A stretch of 64,000 nt of DNA, from NCBI GenBank assembly GCA_038142505.1, contig JAYQKD010000003.1, positions 57,312 through 121,311 on the forward strand. Direction: 5' to 3'. Origin of the DNA: Gammaproteobacteria bacterium (lineage in GTDB: Bacteria; Pseudomonadota; Gammaproteobacteria; Magnimaribacterales; D2472). The position numbers and the translations under genes are program-made. The notes beneath the pieces are model-generated. The model had not been told where the DNA came from. It made no database searches and saw only the letters and a list, made by a program, of their open reading frames with translations. Below, piece after piece: positions 11,703-24,083 of this stretch (positions are counted from its first letter, which is position 1; each line of letters opens with the position of its first letter).

Positions 11703-13177
11703 ATGATTATGGATAAAGATACAGCATTTTTTGGTCATCCGATTGGTCTTAGAACCTTATTTTTAACTGAGATGTGGGAAAGAATGTCTTACTATGGAAT
11801 GAGAGCATTGCTTGTTTTATATATGACTGGATCATTGACTGGATTTAATCCAGGAATGGGTCTTTCTGCAATGGATGCTAATGCTATCTATGGAATATAT
11901 GTTGGTATGGTCTATTTTATGGTCGTTCCAGGCGGTTGGATAGCTGATAATATTTTAGGTCATCAAAAAGCTGTTTTGTTGGGCGCAATAATTATCGCCC
12001 TTGGGCATTTCACACTAGCAATTCCAATTGAGCAAACATTTTTCTTGGGCTTGATTCTTGTAGTTCTAGGAACAGGCTTGTTAAAAGGAAATATCTCAAC
12101 AATCGTAGGAAGCCTATACCGAGATAACGATCAAAGAAGAGATTCAGGTTACACAATTTTCTATATGTCCATAAATATTGGCTCAACATTGGGATTTCTT
12201 ATATGTTCTTATCTTGGTGAAAAAATAGGTTGGCATTATGGCTTTGGGGCAGCTGGTGTTGGTATGGCTTTTGGCGTGTATCAATATATAAATTATAGAC
12301 ATCTACTTGGTGATGCTGGCTTGAATCCTAATGATATGTTGGATTCAAGAAGAGCAAGCCTAATCTCATGGACTAAAAGAAGTTTAGTTTTAATGTTTAT
12401 AGTTATAGGTCTTGGTTTATTTGGTTTAATTTCAATAGATCCTAGAGTCTTTGCAGAGAATTTTGCATACTTTCTTACTATAGTGGCCGGTGCATATTTC
12501 ATCTATCTTTATGGGTTTGCAGGTCTAAATAGTTCTGAGAAAAAGAATTTATTACTACTTTTTGTTTTATTTATAGGGGCCGCTGCATTTGGTCAGGCTT
12601 TGATCAATCAGCAAGTTCTTTAAGTATTTTTGCAAGAGACTATACTGATTTATCAATTGCTGGTTTCATAATTCCTATAGGATGGCTTCAGTTTGCTAAT
12701 CCAATATTTGTTGTTACTTTTGCTCCTATATTTGCAGGAATCTGGGCTCATCTAGGAAGAATGAATATGGATCCATCACTGCCATTAAAGTTTGCAATCG
12801 GTTTAATTTTTATGGCATTAAGCTTTATCGTAATGGTATATGCTGTAAAGCTTGCTATGGTTTCTGCCCCAGTGGGCATGCAATGGCTTTTAATAACATA
12901 TTTGCTTCAGACATGGGGTGAATTAGCATTGTCTCCAATTGGATTATCTGCATTCTCTAAATATTCTCCAAAAAAATATATGGGTCAGATGTTTGGCTTA
13001 TGGTTCTTAGCTTCAGCTATAGGTGGTGTTCTTGCAGGCCTTTTAGGAGGAGATGCAACGGTTGATGGGTTAAATTCTGTTCAACCTATATTTACATTTA
13101 TGATTCAATATTATGTTGTTATAGCAATTGCCTTAATTGTAATGGCGTATTTATTTAAAAAAGAAGAATCTAGCTAA
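11703..13177 (+). CDS. POT/PTR2 family di-/tripeptide:proton symporter (one frameshift at about 12588-12591)
   Basis: PTR2 motif TEMWERMSYYGMRALL. Adding one T to the TTT run restores AAAFWSGFDQSASSLSIFARDYT...RMNMDPSLPLKF and joins ORFs 11703-12623 and 12761-13177. Confidence 0.88.
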
Positions 13178-13185
13178 ATAAAAAA

Positions 13186-14316
13186 TTAGGCTAATTTTTG
13201 GTTAAGGTTATTGAGAATATTTGTATAAATTTTTTGTAGAAGCTCTATTTCTGAAATTTTTACATGTTCATCAATTTGATGAATTGTTTCATTCAATGGA
13301 CCTAATTCAACTATTTCGGTTCCCATTTTAGCTATAAATCTTCCATCTGATGTTCCGCCTTTTGCATTTAAATCAGGTGAATAACCAGTAATATTTTCTA
13401 TAGAATCGACCACAACATCTTTTAAGTTATCTTCTTTTGTCAGGTATGGAAGACCACTTAGCTTCCAATCAATTTCATATTCAACGTTAAGTTCTTTAAG
13501 TATAGATTCAAACTCACTCATTAGTTTTTCGTGAGTTGATTCAGTTGAGTACCTAAAGTTAAACAACATATCCAGTTCTCCAGGAACAATATTTTTTGCA
13601 CCCGTACCCGAATGAATATTAGAAATTTGAAAACTTGTTGGTTGGAAAATAGCATTGCCGTTATCCCAGACTGTATTTTTTAATTTAACAATCACATCAC
13701 TTGCAGAAAATATTGGGTTCACCACATTCTCTGGATAAGCAATATGACCCTGTTTGCCAATAATTTTTAGTGAGCCACCAAGAGATCCTCTTCTGCCAAT
13801 TCTGATGCTGTCTCCAATTTTTTTATATGATGTAGGCTCACCAACAAGACATAAATCAATTTTTTCATCTTTTTCAATCATGTCATCAACAATTTTGTCT
13901 ATGAAGCCATCTTCAGCATCTCCTTCCTCATTTGAAGTAAGCAATATTGCAATCCTGTAATTTAAGTCAGGCTCAGAATCCATAAATTCTTCGAGTGATT
14001 CTATAAAAGCTGCTATTGATGCTTTCATGTCAGCAGTTCCTCTACCGTACATTACATCACCTTCAATATGACCTGAGAAGGGAGGGTGAGTCCATTGGTC
14101 TTCTGGGCCAGTTGGAACTACATCCGTATGACCAAGGAAGCAGAAAATTTTACCTTTATCTCCATAAGTAGCATATAGATTCTCAACATTAAGATAATCA
14201 ATTCTTTCACATTTAAAATTAAGCTTATTTAATCTCTCTTCAATTAGATCAAAACAACCTTCATCCCTAGGTGAGATGGATTGGATTTGTATGAGTTTTT
14301 GCAGGAATTCAATCAT
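13186..14316 (-). CDS. dapE: succinyl-diaminopimelate desuccinylase
   Basis: M20 peptidase with GHTDVVPTGP..W..PPF. Adjacent to dapD. Confidence 0.85.
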   Translation of the reverse strand: MIEFLQKLIQIQSISPRDEGCFDLIEERLNKLNFKCERIDYLNVENLYATYGDKGKIFCFLGHTDVVPTGPEDQWTHPPFSGHIEGDVMYGRGTADMKASIAAFIESLEEFMDSEPDLNYRIAILLTSNEEGDAEDGFIDKIVDDMIEKDEKIDLCLVGEPTSYKKIGDSIRIGRRGSLGGSLKIIGKQGHIAYPENVVNPIFSASDVIVKLKNTVWDNGNAIFQPTSFQISNIHSGTGAKNIVPGELDMLFNFRYSTESTHEKLMSEFESILKELNVEYEIDWKLSGLPYLTKEDNLKDVVVDSIENITGYSPDLNAKGGTSDGRFIAKMGTEIVELGPLNETIHQIDEHVKISEIELLQKIYTNILNNLNQKLA

Positions 14317-15223
14317 TTTTATGTAGTTCAGAGTTTAAATTAATGGACTTTTGATTTACTTTGGCGAACACCTTACCATTCTGTGAGTTTCTTAAAAAGA
14401 CTAAGTTGGAGCAATTTGATAATTCAGAACCTTTGAAAACTCCATCTATATCACCATTTTCTTTATATACTTCAATTTTTGTTCCAGCAGTAATATATAA
14501 GCCAGCTTCAATTGTACAGTTATCTCCAAGGGGTATACCCACGCCAGCATTAGCTCCAATTAAGCAGTTTTCTCCTATAGAAATCTTTATATTATTTCCA
14601 CCTGAAAGAGTTCCCATAGTACTGCAGCCACCCCCAAGGTCAGAATTATCTCCAACAACAACTCCGGCAGATATTCTTCCTTCTATCATAGCTGTACCCA
14701 GTGTTCCTGCATTAAAGTTGACGAAACCTTCATGCATGATTGTGGTTCCTGGGCTTAAATAGGCTCCTAGTCTTACTCTTGATGTATCAGCTATTCTCAC
14801 ATTTTTTGGAATAATGTAATCAACCAGTTGAGGAAATTTATCAAGCGACCTTATGAATAAATCATTTTTATTTTGTTTTGAATTTAGTAGCTCTTGATCA
14901 ATTTCATCGATAGATATTGGGCCTTTATTTGTCCAAGCTACATTTGGCAATGCATTAAAAAGACCATCAAGATTAATTGAATTAGGAAGAACAAATCTAT
15001 ATGAAATTAAGTGTAATTTAAGATATGCACTTACAACATCTTCTATTGGCTTATCAAGATCTTTTTGAGTCCAATGTATTTCAACGACTTCTTTTTCTAA
15101 GTTATCAGTACTTATATCCTGAATATCGGTTTTTTGATCGTTAAATTCAATAACAGGAAAATATGCATCAAGCGTTTCACCGCTAGACGATTTTGTTATT
15201 AAGCCTGTTGCTTTGATATTCAT
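14309..15223 (-). CDS. dapD: 2,3,4,5-tetrahydropyridine-2,6-dicarboxylate N-succinyltransferase
   Basis: Left-handed beta-helix hexapeptide repeats in the C-terminal half, within map-glnD-dapD synteny. Confidence 0.8.
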   Translation of the reverse strand: MNIKATGLITKSSSGETLDAYFPVIEFNDQKTDIQDISTDNLEKEVVEIHWTQKDLDKPIEDVVSAYLKLHLISYRFVLPNSINLDGLFNALPNVAWTNKGPISIDEIDQELLNSKQNKNDLFIRSLDKFPQLVDYIIPKNVRIADTSRVRLGAYLSPGTTIMHEGFVNFNAGTLGTAMIEGRISAGVVVGDNSDLGGGCSTMGTLSGGNNIKISIGENCLIGANAGVGIPLGDNCTIEAGLYITAGTKIEVYKENGDIDGVFKGSELSNCSNLVFLRNSQNGKVFAKVNQKSINLNSELHKND

Positions 15224-15252
15224 GTCGCTATTATAGGGACGAATTAAGTTAT

Positions 15253-17770
15253 TTACATAGTTTCTTTGAGACTATCACTTATTTTTTTAATTTTTTTACT
15301 CGAAACAGATGAAAGTGTCATATCTTCAATTTCAAAAGTATCCTCAACCCTGTCACCGAGGGTATTAATTCTCGCAGAATATATTGAAGTACCATTTTCA
15401 TGGAGTGTTTTGGCAATTTTTACCAACAAACCAGGGCTATCTGCAGTTTCAATGGTTAGTAAATTTCTTTTTTTATCTTTTTGTTCAACATTTGAAATTT
15501 TAAAAGGTTTCCCAAAAGATTCATTTTTCTTTTTCTTGAAGACTAATTTTTTTGATTGACCTTCAAGATTATTAAAATTATTAGATATTTTTAATTTAAT
15601 ATCTTGAACCTCAATATTGGTTAAAGGTCTATTGTGAAACGAATACTTTGCAATAAAAGTATTTGCAGCAATAGCTTTGTTGGTGCTGGTAGAGATGTTC
15701 GCATCAATTATTTCAAGACCAGATAACTGGAAAACTTGAACTAATTTTAAAAAGAGCCCATCAAAATTTTCAGTCTTAATAAAAATTTCTAACAAGTTAT
15801 CAAAACACTTTCTAGCACCAATAACTGTTTTATTTATTTCACTATTAATAACTAAACCGCATTGCCATTTTAATTTATCGAGATTATTTTTTGTAAAGAA
15901 GGAATCTTCAAAGATTCCAAGATAGTTTTTAATTTTTTTCTTATCTCTTTCTTCTCTAAATGATCTTATGCAGTTCTTTTTCCTATCCTCTGTAATCTCT
16001 TTCATGGTTTGCACTGGTTCTTTATTTATTTTTGATCTTGTTAGTATAAAAAGATCTTTAAGAAGCCCATGCTTCCAGCCATTCCAAAGAGCAGGGTTAG
16101 TAGCTCTTATATCATTAACAGTTAACAGATATAAATAATCTAGTTTTTCAGTTGTTCCAGCAAGATTTGCAAACTCTTCAATTGTATCTATGTCAGAAAT
16201 ATCTTTTTTCTGAGAAATTGATGACATTTCAAGATGATGAAGTACTAACCAAGAAATAAGTTCAGCATCAGCTTTTGATAAACCAATTTTTTTTGCAAAA
16301 TTATAACTAGTTTTTGCTCCAATTTTTGAGTGATCTCCACCTTTACCTTTACCTAAATCATGAAAGAGACCAGCTAAATATAGAATTTCTATCTTTGGGA
16401 GCCTATTTATTAACTCATGCTCTAATTTGAATTCATCCTTGAAGTGAATTTTCATTTGGCGCATATTTCTTACAACTTTAAACGTATGTTCATCCACCGT
16501 ATAAACATGAAATAAATCAAATTGCATTTGACCAATCACCTCATTAAATTCATCTACGTATTTCTGAATTATTCCAATAGCTTTCATGGATTTTAAGATC
16601 GAAGAAAGATTATATTTTGACCTAAAAATTTCTAAAAATTGGTTTGCATAAATTTGGTCCTCTTTGAACTTCTTATTAATAAGTTTTAGATTGTTTTTTA
16701 GAAGAGATACCGTATTGGTATCAATCGCATTAATTTTTTTGTTTGATCCTATAAAGTTATAAATGCCAAAAATTAAGTCCTTTCTATTTGAAAGATTAAT
16801 TTTTGGATTAATACCAATTTTGTCTCCTTTGATATAGTAATCGCCAATATTTTTTTTAAGGCTAAAAGCATTCTGTTCCTCAAACTTGTTAAATACTTGC
16901 TGATTAAAGTTAGTTAGATTTGATGCGTTTTCATAGAATTTTTGCATCATTTTTTCTACAGACCTTTTTCTAGTTCCTTCATTTATATTAGCCTTGAGAG
17001 CAATTTCTAGTTGAAGTTCAAAAGTTAACCTATTTCTTGAGGATAAAGTGTTTGTTATATATCTTAGAGTTTTAACAAAATTATAAGAATCAATAATTTC
17101 ATCAATATTATCTCCGAATTCTTTTGAGTTTTTGATCTCTTTAATATTTTTTAAATCAAAACAGTTGAAGAAGAATCCATAAAGCTGTTTGAAAATCTCT
17201 TAAACAACCAGGTGATTCTTTTAAATCTGGCTCTAAGTTATATGCCGTAGAGTAAAAGGATTTATATCTATCTTTTTGCTCTAATAATTTTACTTTGTAG
17301 AATTTTCTTTTTGACCATATTTTTTGCAGTGTAGAGGTAATTTCTTTGTCGATAGCATTGTTGGTAATTAATGCTCTTCGAGTTAAATATGAAGTAAATT
17401 CTTTTGGGTCATCCTTAGTAACTTTTTTAATATCTTTGATAGTTCTAACAGAATGACCAACCTGAAATCCTAAATCCCAAAGTTTAGCTATAAATTTTTC
17501 TAAATTTTCAATTTTTTTTGCTTTCTTGTTTTTATGAATTATTGAAATATCTATATCTGATGATGGATAAAGTTCCTTTCTACCAAATCCACCATTTGCA
17601 TAAATAGCAAAATCTTTATCAAGTTCGTATTGCTTGAAATAGTTGAGGATTTTCTCTTCAATTTGAGATGTATTTTCGGACAAGTAGCTATTTGTTGAAC
17701 TTGGATTTTGATATATTTTTGGAAAATTTTTTAAAAACTCATCATTTAAATCTGATTTATTTTTAATCAT
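15253..17770 (-). CDS. glnD: bifunctional [protein-PII] uridylyltransferase/uridylyl-removing enzyme (one frameshift near 17160)
   Basis: N-terminal nucleotidyltransferase (GGFGRKELYPSSDIDI, PGCLRDFQTALW), HD domain (GLFHDLGKGKGGDHS) and two C-terminal ACT domains. ORFs 17156-17839 and 15253-16950 join through a readable frame. Confidence 0.88.
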
Positions 17771-18549
17771 AAAGATTCTTCTTGTCTTTTTGTAAGAACC
17801 TCCACTCCTCTTGATGTAACTGCAAGTGTATGTTCCCATTGAGCAGAATTTCTTCCGTCTTTGGTTTCAACAGTCCATCCATCTTGTAAGGTTTTACAGT
17901 GTTTAGATCCTTGGTTAATCATTGGCTCAATTGTGAAACACATGCCTTCTTGAATTTGAATACCTCTTCCAGGCTTTCCGTAATGAAGTATTTGCGGTTC
18001 CTCATGATAGACGTTTCCTATTCCATGACCACAGTATTCCTCGACAACACTATAGTAGTTAGATTCAGCATGTTGTTGAATAGCATGCCCAATATCGCCA
18101 AGATATGCTCCAGGCTTAACCACTTCAATAGCTTTGTAAAGACATTCTTGGGTAATTTTAACCAATCTTTCATTGTGCGGTTGACACTTTCCGACAAGAT
18201 ACATTTTTGATGTGTCCCCATGCCATCCATCTTTAATAACAGTAACATCAATATTTAAGATGTCCCCATTCTTTAAGATTCTATTTTTATCTGGAATACC
18301 ATGGCATATTACTTGATTAATGCTTGAACAAATGGTTTTTTCAAAACCGCGGTAACCAACATTTGCAGGAATTGCTTTTTGAACATTAACAATATGCTCA
18401 TAGCAAATATTATCCAACTCTTCAGTAGATACACCAGGAACAACGAAAGGTTCTATCATTTCTAATACTTCTGCTGCCAGCTTTCCAGCAACTCTCATTT
18501 TTTCAATTTCTTTTTCAGTTTTAATAGAAATTTTCATATTTTTTCTCAT
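17767..18549 (-). CDS. map: type I methionine aminopeptidase
   Basis: ISIKTEKEIEKMRVAGKLAAEVLE and metal-ligand context match E. coli Map. The start may instead be the MKISIK codon at 18537. Confidence 0.95.
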   Translation of the reverse strand: MRKNMKISIKTEKEIEKMRVAGKLAAEVLEMIEPFVVPGVSTEELDNICYEHIVNVQKAIPANVGYRGFEKTICSSINQVICHGIPDKNRILKNGDILNIDVTVIKDGWHGDTSKMYLVGKCQPHNERLVKITQECLYKAIEVVKPGAYLGDIGHAIQQHAESNYYSVVEEYCGHGIGNVYHEEPQILHYGKPGRGIQIQEGMCFTIEPMINQGSKHCKTLQDGWTVETKDGRNSAQWEHTLAVTSRGVEVLTKRQEESL

Positions 18550-18691
18550 TTAGTATAGACAGTTGACTACTAAATCTATAAAGTACAATTTTAATGCCAG
18601 CACGATATTTTAGCTCATTAAAAACCAAAATTTCTTTAAATAGTTACCCATTAATTTTCTCAAATTTCAAGCCCGATTGGAGGAACTTTTA

Positions 18692-19813
18692 GTGTCTTTT
18701 CCAGCCATTTTAGCACTTGAAGATGGAAGTATATTCTATGGGGAGGGCTTTGGTGAAGAAAAGATTGATGTTGGTGAATTAGTTTTTAATACCTCTATGA
18801 CTGGATATCAAGAAATTATTACAGATCCTTCATACAAAAAACAAATTATTACATTTACTCACCCTCATATTGGCAATACCGGTATTAATGATGAAGATAA
18901 TGAATCGTCTTTAATTCATGCTTCTGGGATTGTTATTAATAAGCATTGTGCCAAGCCAAGTAACTGGCGATCTAATAAAACATTAGATGAATTTTTACGC
19001 GAGCAAGAGGTAATTGCAATTTCAGAAATTAATACAAGAAAATTAACATCAATATTGCGGGATAAAGGGTCTTTGAATAGTTGTATTGCACCTCTTTCAA
19101 AATTAACAGCAGAAGAAGCGGTGGTAAAGGCTAAAGATTTTTCAGGGTTAAAAGGGATGGATTTAGCTAAGGTAGTTTCTGTAAAAGAGCAATATGTTTG
19201 GAATGAGGGTGTATGGCCAGCTAATAATTTAGCTACAAAAAATCATCCAGTCGTTGCGTTTGATTTTGGTATAAAAAACAATATTTTAAGGCTTTTATCT
19301 GATCATGTAGGGGAAATTACTGTAGTTAATGCAGAGACATCTTTTGAGGAGGTAATGGAACTCTCGCCAAAAGGAATTTTCCTATCAAACGGGCCTGGAG
19401 ATCCTGAGCCATGCACTTATGCTATTGATAATATTAGAAAATTCCTTGAGGTTAATCTTCCAATTTTTGGTATTTGTCTTGGTCATCAACTTTTAGCACT
19501 CGCTGGGGGAGCATCAACATATAAGATGAAATTTGGTCACCATGGGGCTAATCATCCTGTACAAGATTTAAAAACAAAAGAAGTTTTTATTACAAGTCAA
19601 AATCATGGTTTTGCAGTGGATGAAAAGACTTTACCTGCAAATATAAGTGCTTCTCATGTATCTCTATTTGATCAATCATTACAAGGTATTGAGTTCACTG
19701 ATAAACCAGCATTTAGTTTTCAGGGTCATCCTGAAGCAAGTCCAGGCCCACAAGAAATACAAACTTTATTTAAAAAGTTTCAATCTATGGTAGAAGAATA
19801 TGCCAAGACGTAA
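18692..19813 (+). CDS. carA: carbamoyl-phosphate synthase small (glutaminase) subunit
   Basis: GICLGHQLL catalytic Cys and HGANHPV. The GTG at 18692 is preceded by GGAGG at 18679-18683; the ORF track starts at TTG 18677. Confidence 0.95.
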   Translation: MSFPAILALEDGSIFYGEGFGEEKIDVGELVFNTSMTGYQEIITDPSYKKQIITFTHPHIGNTGINDEDNESSLIHASGIVINKHCAKPSNWRSNKTLDEFLREQEVIAISEINTRKLTSILRDKGSLNSCIAPLSKLTAEEAVVKAKDFSGLKGMDLAKVVSVKEQYVWNEGVWPANNLATKNHPVVAFDFGIKNNILRLLSDHVGEITVVNAETSFEEVMELSPKGIFLSNGPGDPEPCTYAIDNIRKFLEVNLPIFGICLGHQLLALAGGASTYKMKFGHHGANHPVQDLKTKEVFITSQNHGFAVDEKTLPANISASHVSLFDQSLQGIEFTDKPAFSFQGHPEASPGPQEIQTLFKKFQSMVEEYAKT

Positions 19814-22800
19814 AGATATAAAATCAATTTTAATAATTGGTGCAGGCCCTATTATCATTGGTCAAGCATGTGAATTTGATTACTCTGGAGCTCAGGCTTG
19901 TAAGGCATTAAAAGAAGAGGGTTTTAGAGTAATTTTAGTTAATTCCAATCCGGCAACCATTATGACGGATCCTTTAATGGCAGATGCAACTTATATTGAA
20001 CCAATTCACTGGGAATCAGTTGAAAAGATAATTGAAAAAGAAAAGCCGGATGCAATTTTGCCAACAATGGGTGGTCAGACAGCTCTAAATACCGCCTTAT
20101 CTTTAGACAAACACGGAGTTCTTAAGAAGCATGGAGTAATCTTAATAGGAGCTAACAGAGAAGCTATTGATAAAGCAGAAGATAGACAGCTCTTTGATGA
20201 GACAATGCAGGCAATTGGAATTGAGACTCCAAGCTCAGGTATTGCTCATTCAATGGAAGATGCAATGGAAGTCCAAAAAAGAATTGGTTTTCCATGCATT
20301 ATTAGACCTTCATTTACTATGGGTGGAACTGGTGGGGGAATTGCTTATAACATTGATGAGTTTGAAGCTATTTGTAAGAAAGGACTTGAGTTATCACCTA
20401 CGAATGAACTTTTAATTGATGAATCTTTAATTGGTTGGAAAGAGTTTGAAATGGAGGTTGTTCGAGACTGCAAAGACAATTGTATTATTGTTTGCTCAAT
20501 CGAAAATCTTGATCCAATGGGTGTTCATACAGGAGACTCTATTACTATAGCTCCAGCACAAACCTTAACTGATAAAGAATATCAAATAATGAGAAATGCT
20601 TCATTTAAGATTCTCAGAGAAATAGGCGTAGATACTGGTGGATCAAATGTTCAATTTGCAATCAATCCAGACAATGGAAAAATGGTTGTCATAGAAATGA
20701 ATCCAAGAGTAAGCCGGTCATCTGCCCTTGCTTCAAAAGCTACAGGTTTTCCAATTGCTAAAGTAGCTGCATTGCTATCTGTTGGATACACGCTTGATGA
20801 ATTAAAAAATGATATTACAGGAGGACTTACACCCGCATCATTTGAGCCTAGCATTGATTATATCGTTACTAAAATTCCTAAATTTGCTTTTGAAAAATTC
20901 CCACAGGCTGAACCAAAGCTTACAACCCAAATGAAATCTGTTGGAGAAGTGATGGCAATTGGGTCTAATTTTCAAGAATCACTTCAAAAGGCTTTAGCAA
21001 GCATGGAAGAAGACTTAAATGGCCTTAATTCCATAGTTGAAAAATCATATGAAGAATGTAAGGAAGAAATTCTTTATCAATTAACATTTCCCGGCCCTAA
21101 AAGATTATTTTATGTTTGTGATGCGATAAGAGCAGGATGGGGGCTTGAAAAAATTTATGAGCTTACAAAAATCGATTATTGGTTTCTTGATCAACTTGAA
21201 GAAATCTTAAACATTGAGAAATCTTTACAAGATAAAAAATTATCTGACCTTGATCATGAGGCAATATATTCATTAAAGAAAAAAGGCTTCACCGATTCAA
21301 GAATCGCTGAATTAATTAATATTAAAGAATCTGACTTTAGAGACTTGAGGAAAGAGCTTAATATTCTACCTGTTTACAGAAGAGTAGATACCTGTGCTGC
21401 AGAATTTGCAACTTCCACATGTTACATGTACTCAACCTATGCAGATCAATGCGAAAGCAATCCAACAAACAATAAAAAAATTCTTGTTTTAGGAAGTGGG
21501 CCAAACAGAATAGGACAAGGAATTGAATTTGATTATTGTTGTGTTCATGCCTCACTTGCTATGCAAGAAGAAGGCTATGAATCAATTATGGTTAATTGTA
21601 ATCCTGAAACTGTCTCTACAGATTACGATGTTTCAAATAGATTATATTTTGAGCCAATAACAGCTGAAAAGATTCTAGACATTATAGATAATGAGAAGCC
21701 CGAGGGAGTTATTATTCAATTCGGTGGACAAACCCCGTTAAAGTTAGCAGATGTTTTATCCGAGAGGGGTGTAAAAATTCTTGGAACAGATGTGGATGCA
21801 ATTGATAGGTCTGAAGACAGAGAAAGGTTTCAAGAATTAATTCAAAAACTTGATTTAAAGCAGCCCGCAAATGCAACTGTAAAGAATATATCTGAAGCCA
21901 TGATTGAGGCAGAAAAAATTGGATTCCCGATAGTTGTAAGACCTTCTTATGTATTAGGTGGAAGAGCAATGCAGCTTGTTCATAACTTAAACGAATTAGA
22001 ACTATATCTAAATGAAGCTGTAGAAGTTTCAAATAGTAAGCCAATTTTATTAGATAGCTACTTAACAGATGCTGTTGAGGTTGATGTTGATGTTGTTTCT
22101 GACGGAAAAGAGATTCAAGTTGGAGGAATTTTGCAGCATATTGAGCAAGCTGGTATTCATTCGGGTGATTCTGCATGCTCATTACCTCCATACAGTTTGT
22201 CAGAAGAAATTCAAAAAGAGATTTCTGATCAATCTATTAAAATTGGTAAAGAATTAGATATTTTAGGCCTAATGAATATTCAATTCGCTGTAAAAGATGA
22301 TGTTGTATATATTATTGAAGTAAACCCTAGGGCTTCAAGAACGGTTCCATTTATATCCAAAGCAATTGGTAGCTCACTTGTTAAGGTTGCATCAAAAGCT
22401 ATGATAGGAAATACTCTTGCCAATCAAAAATTTTCAAGTGCTTTACCTGATGATTTATATTTTGTTAAGGAAGCAGTCTTGCCATTCGATAAATTTCCTT
22501 TAGTTGATCCAATACTTGGTCCAGAAATGAAATCCACAGGAGAGGTAATGGGGATTGGAATTGATTTTGGTGAGGCGTATGCAAAAGCACAAAAAGGCGC
22601 TAATAAAATTTTACCAAGATCTGGAACTGTATTCATAAGTGTAAAAGATAGCGATAAAAAATATTTAGATGAACTTTTACCTCTCATAGAAAAGAATGGT
22701 TTTGAAATGGTTGCTACTGGAGGTACAGCCGCTTACATAAAAGGCTTAAATTATAAAGTTAAAAAAATTAACAAAGTATTAGAAGGAAGACCTCACACAG

Positions 22801-23015
22801 TTGATAGCCTTTTAAATAAAGAAATTGATTTGGTCATAAACACAACAGAAGGAACTCAATCAATTAAAGATTCAGCTGCTATAAGAAGAACAGCTTTGCA
22901 AAATAAGATCTTTTGTACAACTACAATGTTTGGTGCATTTGCAATAATGCAGGCTCTTAATGGTAGAGAAGCAGATTGGTCATATAAGACACTCCAAGAA
23001 ATACATAATTCTTAG
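19800..23015 (+). CDS. carB: carbamoyl-phosphate synthase large subunit
   Basis: 1071 aa with duplicated ATP-grasp halves and an MGS-like C-terminal domain. Overlaps the end of carA. Confidence 0.97.
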   Translation: MPRRKDIKSILIIGAGPIIIGQACEFDYSGAQACKALKEEGFRVILVNSNPATIMTDPLMADATYIEPIHWESVEKIIEKEKPDAILPTMGGQTALNTALSLDKHGVLKKHGVILIGANREAIDKAEDRQLFDETMQAIGIETPSSGIAHSMEDAMEVQKRIGFPCIIRPSFTMGGTGGGIAYNIDEFEAICKKGLELSPTNELLIDESLIGWKEFEMEVVRDCKDNCIIVCSIENLDPMGVHTGDSITIAPAQTLTDKEYQIMRNASFKILREIGVDTGGSNVQFAINPDNGKMVVIEMNPRVSRSSALASKATGFPIAKVAALLSVGYTLDELKNDITGGLTPASFEPSIDYIVTKIPKFAFEKFPQAEPKLTTQMKSVGEVMAIGSNFQESLQKALASMEEDLNGLNSIVEKSYEECKEEILYQLTFPGPKRLFYVCDAIRAGWGLEKIYELTKIDYWFLDQLEEILNIEKSLQDKKLSDLDHEAIYSLKKKGFTDSRIAELINIKESDFRDLRKELNILPVYRRVDTCAAEFATSTCYMYSTYADQCESNPTNNKKILVLGSGPNRIGQGIEFDYCCVHASLAMQEEGYESIMVNCNPETVSTDYDVSNRLYFEPITAEKILDIIDNEKPEGVIIQFGGQTPLKLADVLSERGVKILGTDVDAIDRSEDRERFQELIQKLDLKQPANATVKNISEAMIEAEKIGFPIVVRPSYVLGGRAMQLVHNLNELELYLNEAVEVSNSKPILLDSYLTDAVEVDVDVVSDGKEIQVGGILQHIEQAGIHSGDSACSLPPYSLSEEIQKEISDQSIKIGKELDILGLMNIQFAVKDDVVYIIEVNPRASRTVPFISKAIGSSLVKVASKAMIGNTLANQKFSSALPDDLYFVKEAVLPFDKFPLVDPILGPEMKSTGEVMGIGIDFGEAYAKAQKGANKILPRSGTVFISVKDSDKKYLDELLPLIEKNGFEMVATGGTAAYIKGLNYKVKKINKVLEGRPHTVDSLLNKEIDLVINTTEGTQSIKDSAAIRRTALQNKIFCTTTMFGAFAIMQALNGREADWSYKTLQEIHNS

Positions 23016-23037
23016 CCATAGTTGCTATAATTAAAAT

Positions 23038-23514
23038 ATGTCACGCGTACCTATAACAATCGAGGGTGAAATTGCCCTTAAAGATGAATTATCTAAACTT
23101 AAATTTGTTGAAAGACCAAAAATATCAGAAGCTATAGCTGAAGCTAGAGCGCATGGTGATTTAAAAGAAAATGCAGAATATCATGCGGCAAAAGAACTTC
23201 AAGGTTTAATGGAAGCAAAAATAAATGAAATAGAAAGTGCTCTATCAAATGCTCAAGTAATTAATGTAAAAGATATTCCAGAAACTGGTAGAGTTGTATT
23301 TGGTTCGACAGTTAAATTATATGACGTAAACAATGATAAAGAGATTGTTTATAAAATAGTCGGTAACTTAGAGTCCAATCCTGAAAATGGTCATATTTCA
23401 ATTGAAACACCAATTGCAAAAGGTTTGGTTGGCAAGTTTGTTGATGATGAGGTAGAAATCGTTACTCCATCAGGAAAAATGACATACGAAATTATTGAAG
23501 TTAAACATATCTGA
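23038..23514 (+). CDS. greA: transcription elongation factor GreA
   Basis: 158 aa with AHGDLKENAEYHAAKE coiled-coil tip. Confidence 0.95.
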   Translation: MSRVPITIEGEIALKDELSKLKFVERPKISEAIAEARAHGDLKENAEYHAAKELQGLMEAKINEIESALSNAQVINVKDIPETGRVVFGSTVKLYDVNNDKEIVYKIVGNLESNPENGHISIETPIAKGLVGKFVDDEVEIVTPSGKMTYEIIEVKHI

Positions 23515-24083
23515 TGCATGCTGATAACTGGGCAAATAAGGCAAAGCAAGAGGGTTACAGAACAAGAGCGGTATATAAGCTCGAAGAAATTCTCCAAAAA
23601 ACAAAATCTCTAAAAAAAAGCCAAAATGTTTTAGATTTAGGCTCGGCTCCAGGCGGGTGGTCGCATTATATTAAAAAAAAATCACCTAATTCAGAGGTTT
23701 ATGCGATTGATATATTAGATATGGAAGCAGTTGATGGAGTATATTTTTTTCAAAATAGCATCGAAGAAATAGATAGCATAGATCTCATTAGATCAAAAAT
23801 GGGTTCATTTGGACTTGTAATTTCAGATATAGCCCCCAACTTAACTGGTATAAATGCTATAGATATAGAAAATATATACGAGCTTAATATTCTAACTCTA
23901 GATACAGCAGCAAAATATTTAAATAAATCTCATGGCTCATTTATCATGAAGACTTTTCAAAATAGTATGTTGAAAAATCTTCGAAAAAAAATGGAATTAT
24001 CTTTCAAGATAGTCCAAACTTTTAAACCTGCTGCTTCAAAAAAGCAATCAGGCGAAATATTTTTGTATGGAGCATATAAATAA
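23514..24083 (+). CDS. rlmE: 23S rRNA (uridine2552-2'-O)-methyltransferase
   Basis: [11 protein letters not shown] and [13 protein letters not shown] motif; greA-rlmE-ftsH synteny. Confidence 0.9.
   Translation: MHADNWANKAKQEGYRTRAVYKLEEILQKTKSLKKSQNVLDLGSAPGGWSHYIKKKSPNSEVYAIDILDMEAVDGVYFFQNSIEEIDSIDLIRSKMGSFGLVISDIAPNLTGINAIDIENIYELNILTLDTAAKYLNKSHGSFIMKTFQNSMLKNLRKKMELSFKIVQTFKPAASKKQSGEIFLYGAYK

Noticed and set aside
18550-18691. carAB control elements (ARG or PUR boxes) or a clean sigma70 promoter in the map-carA spacer
   Set aside because: Only a TTGACT/TACAAT pair with a 15-bp spacer (18563-18589) was seen, and no convincing ARG-box palindrome. That is too weak to report as a feature.
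21712-22191. 159-aa Q/L/H-rich minus-strand ORF inside carB, plus similar antisense ORFs at 8009-8410, 14361-14762, 38093-38533, 51489-51911 and 63451-63648
   Set aside because: All lie antisense to strongly conserved genes (carB, pepA, dapD, ychF, gatB, kdsD). They have low-complexity or codon-mirror composition, and no start context or motif. They are shadow ORFs.
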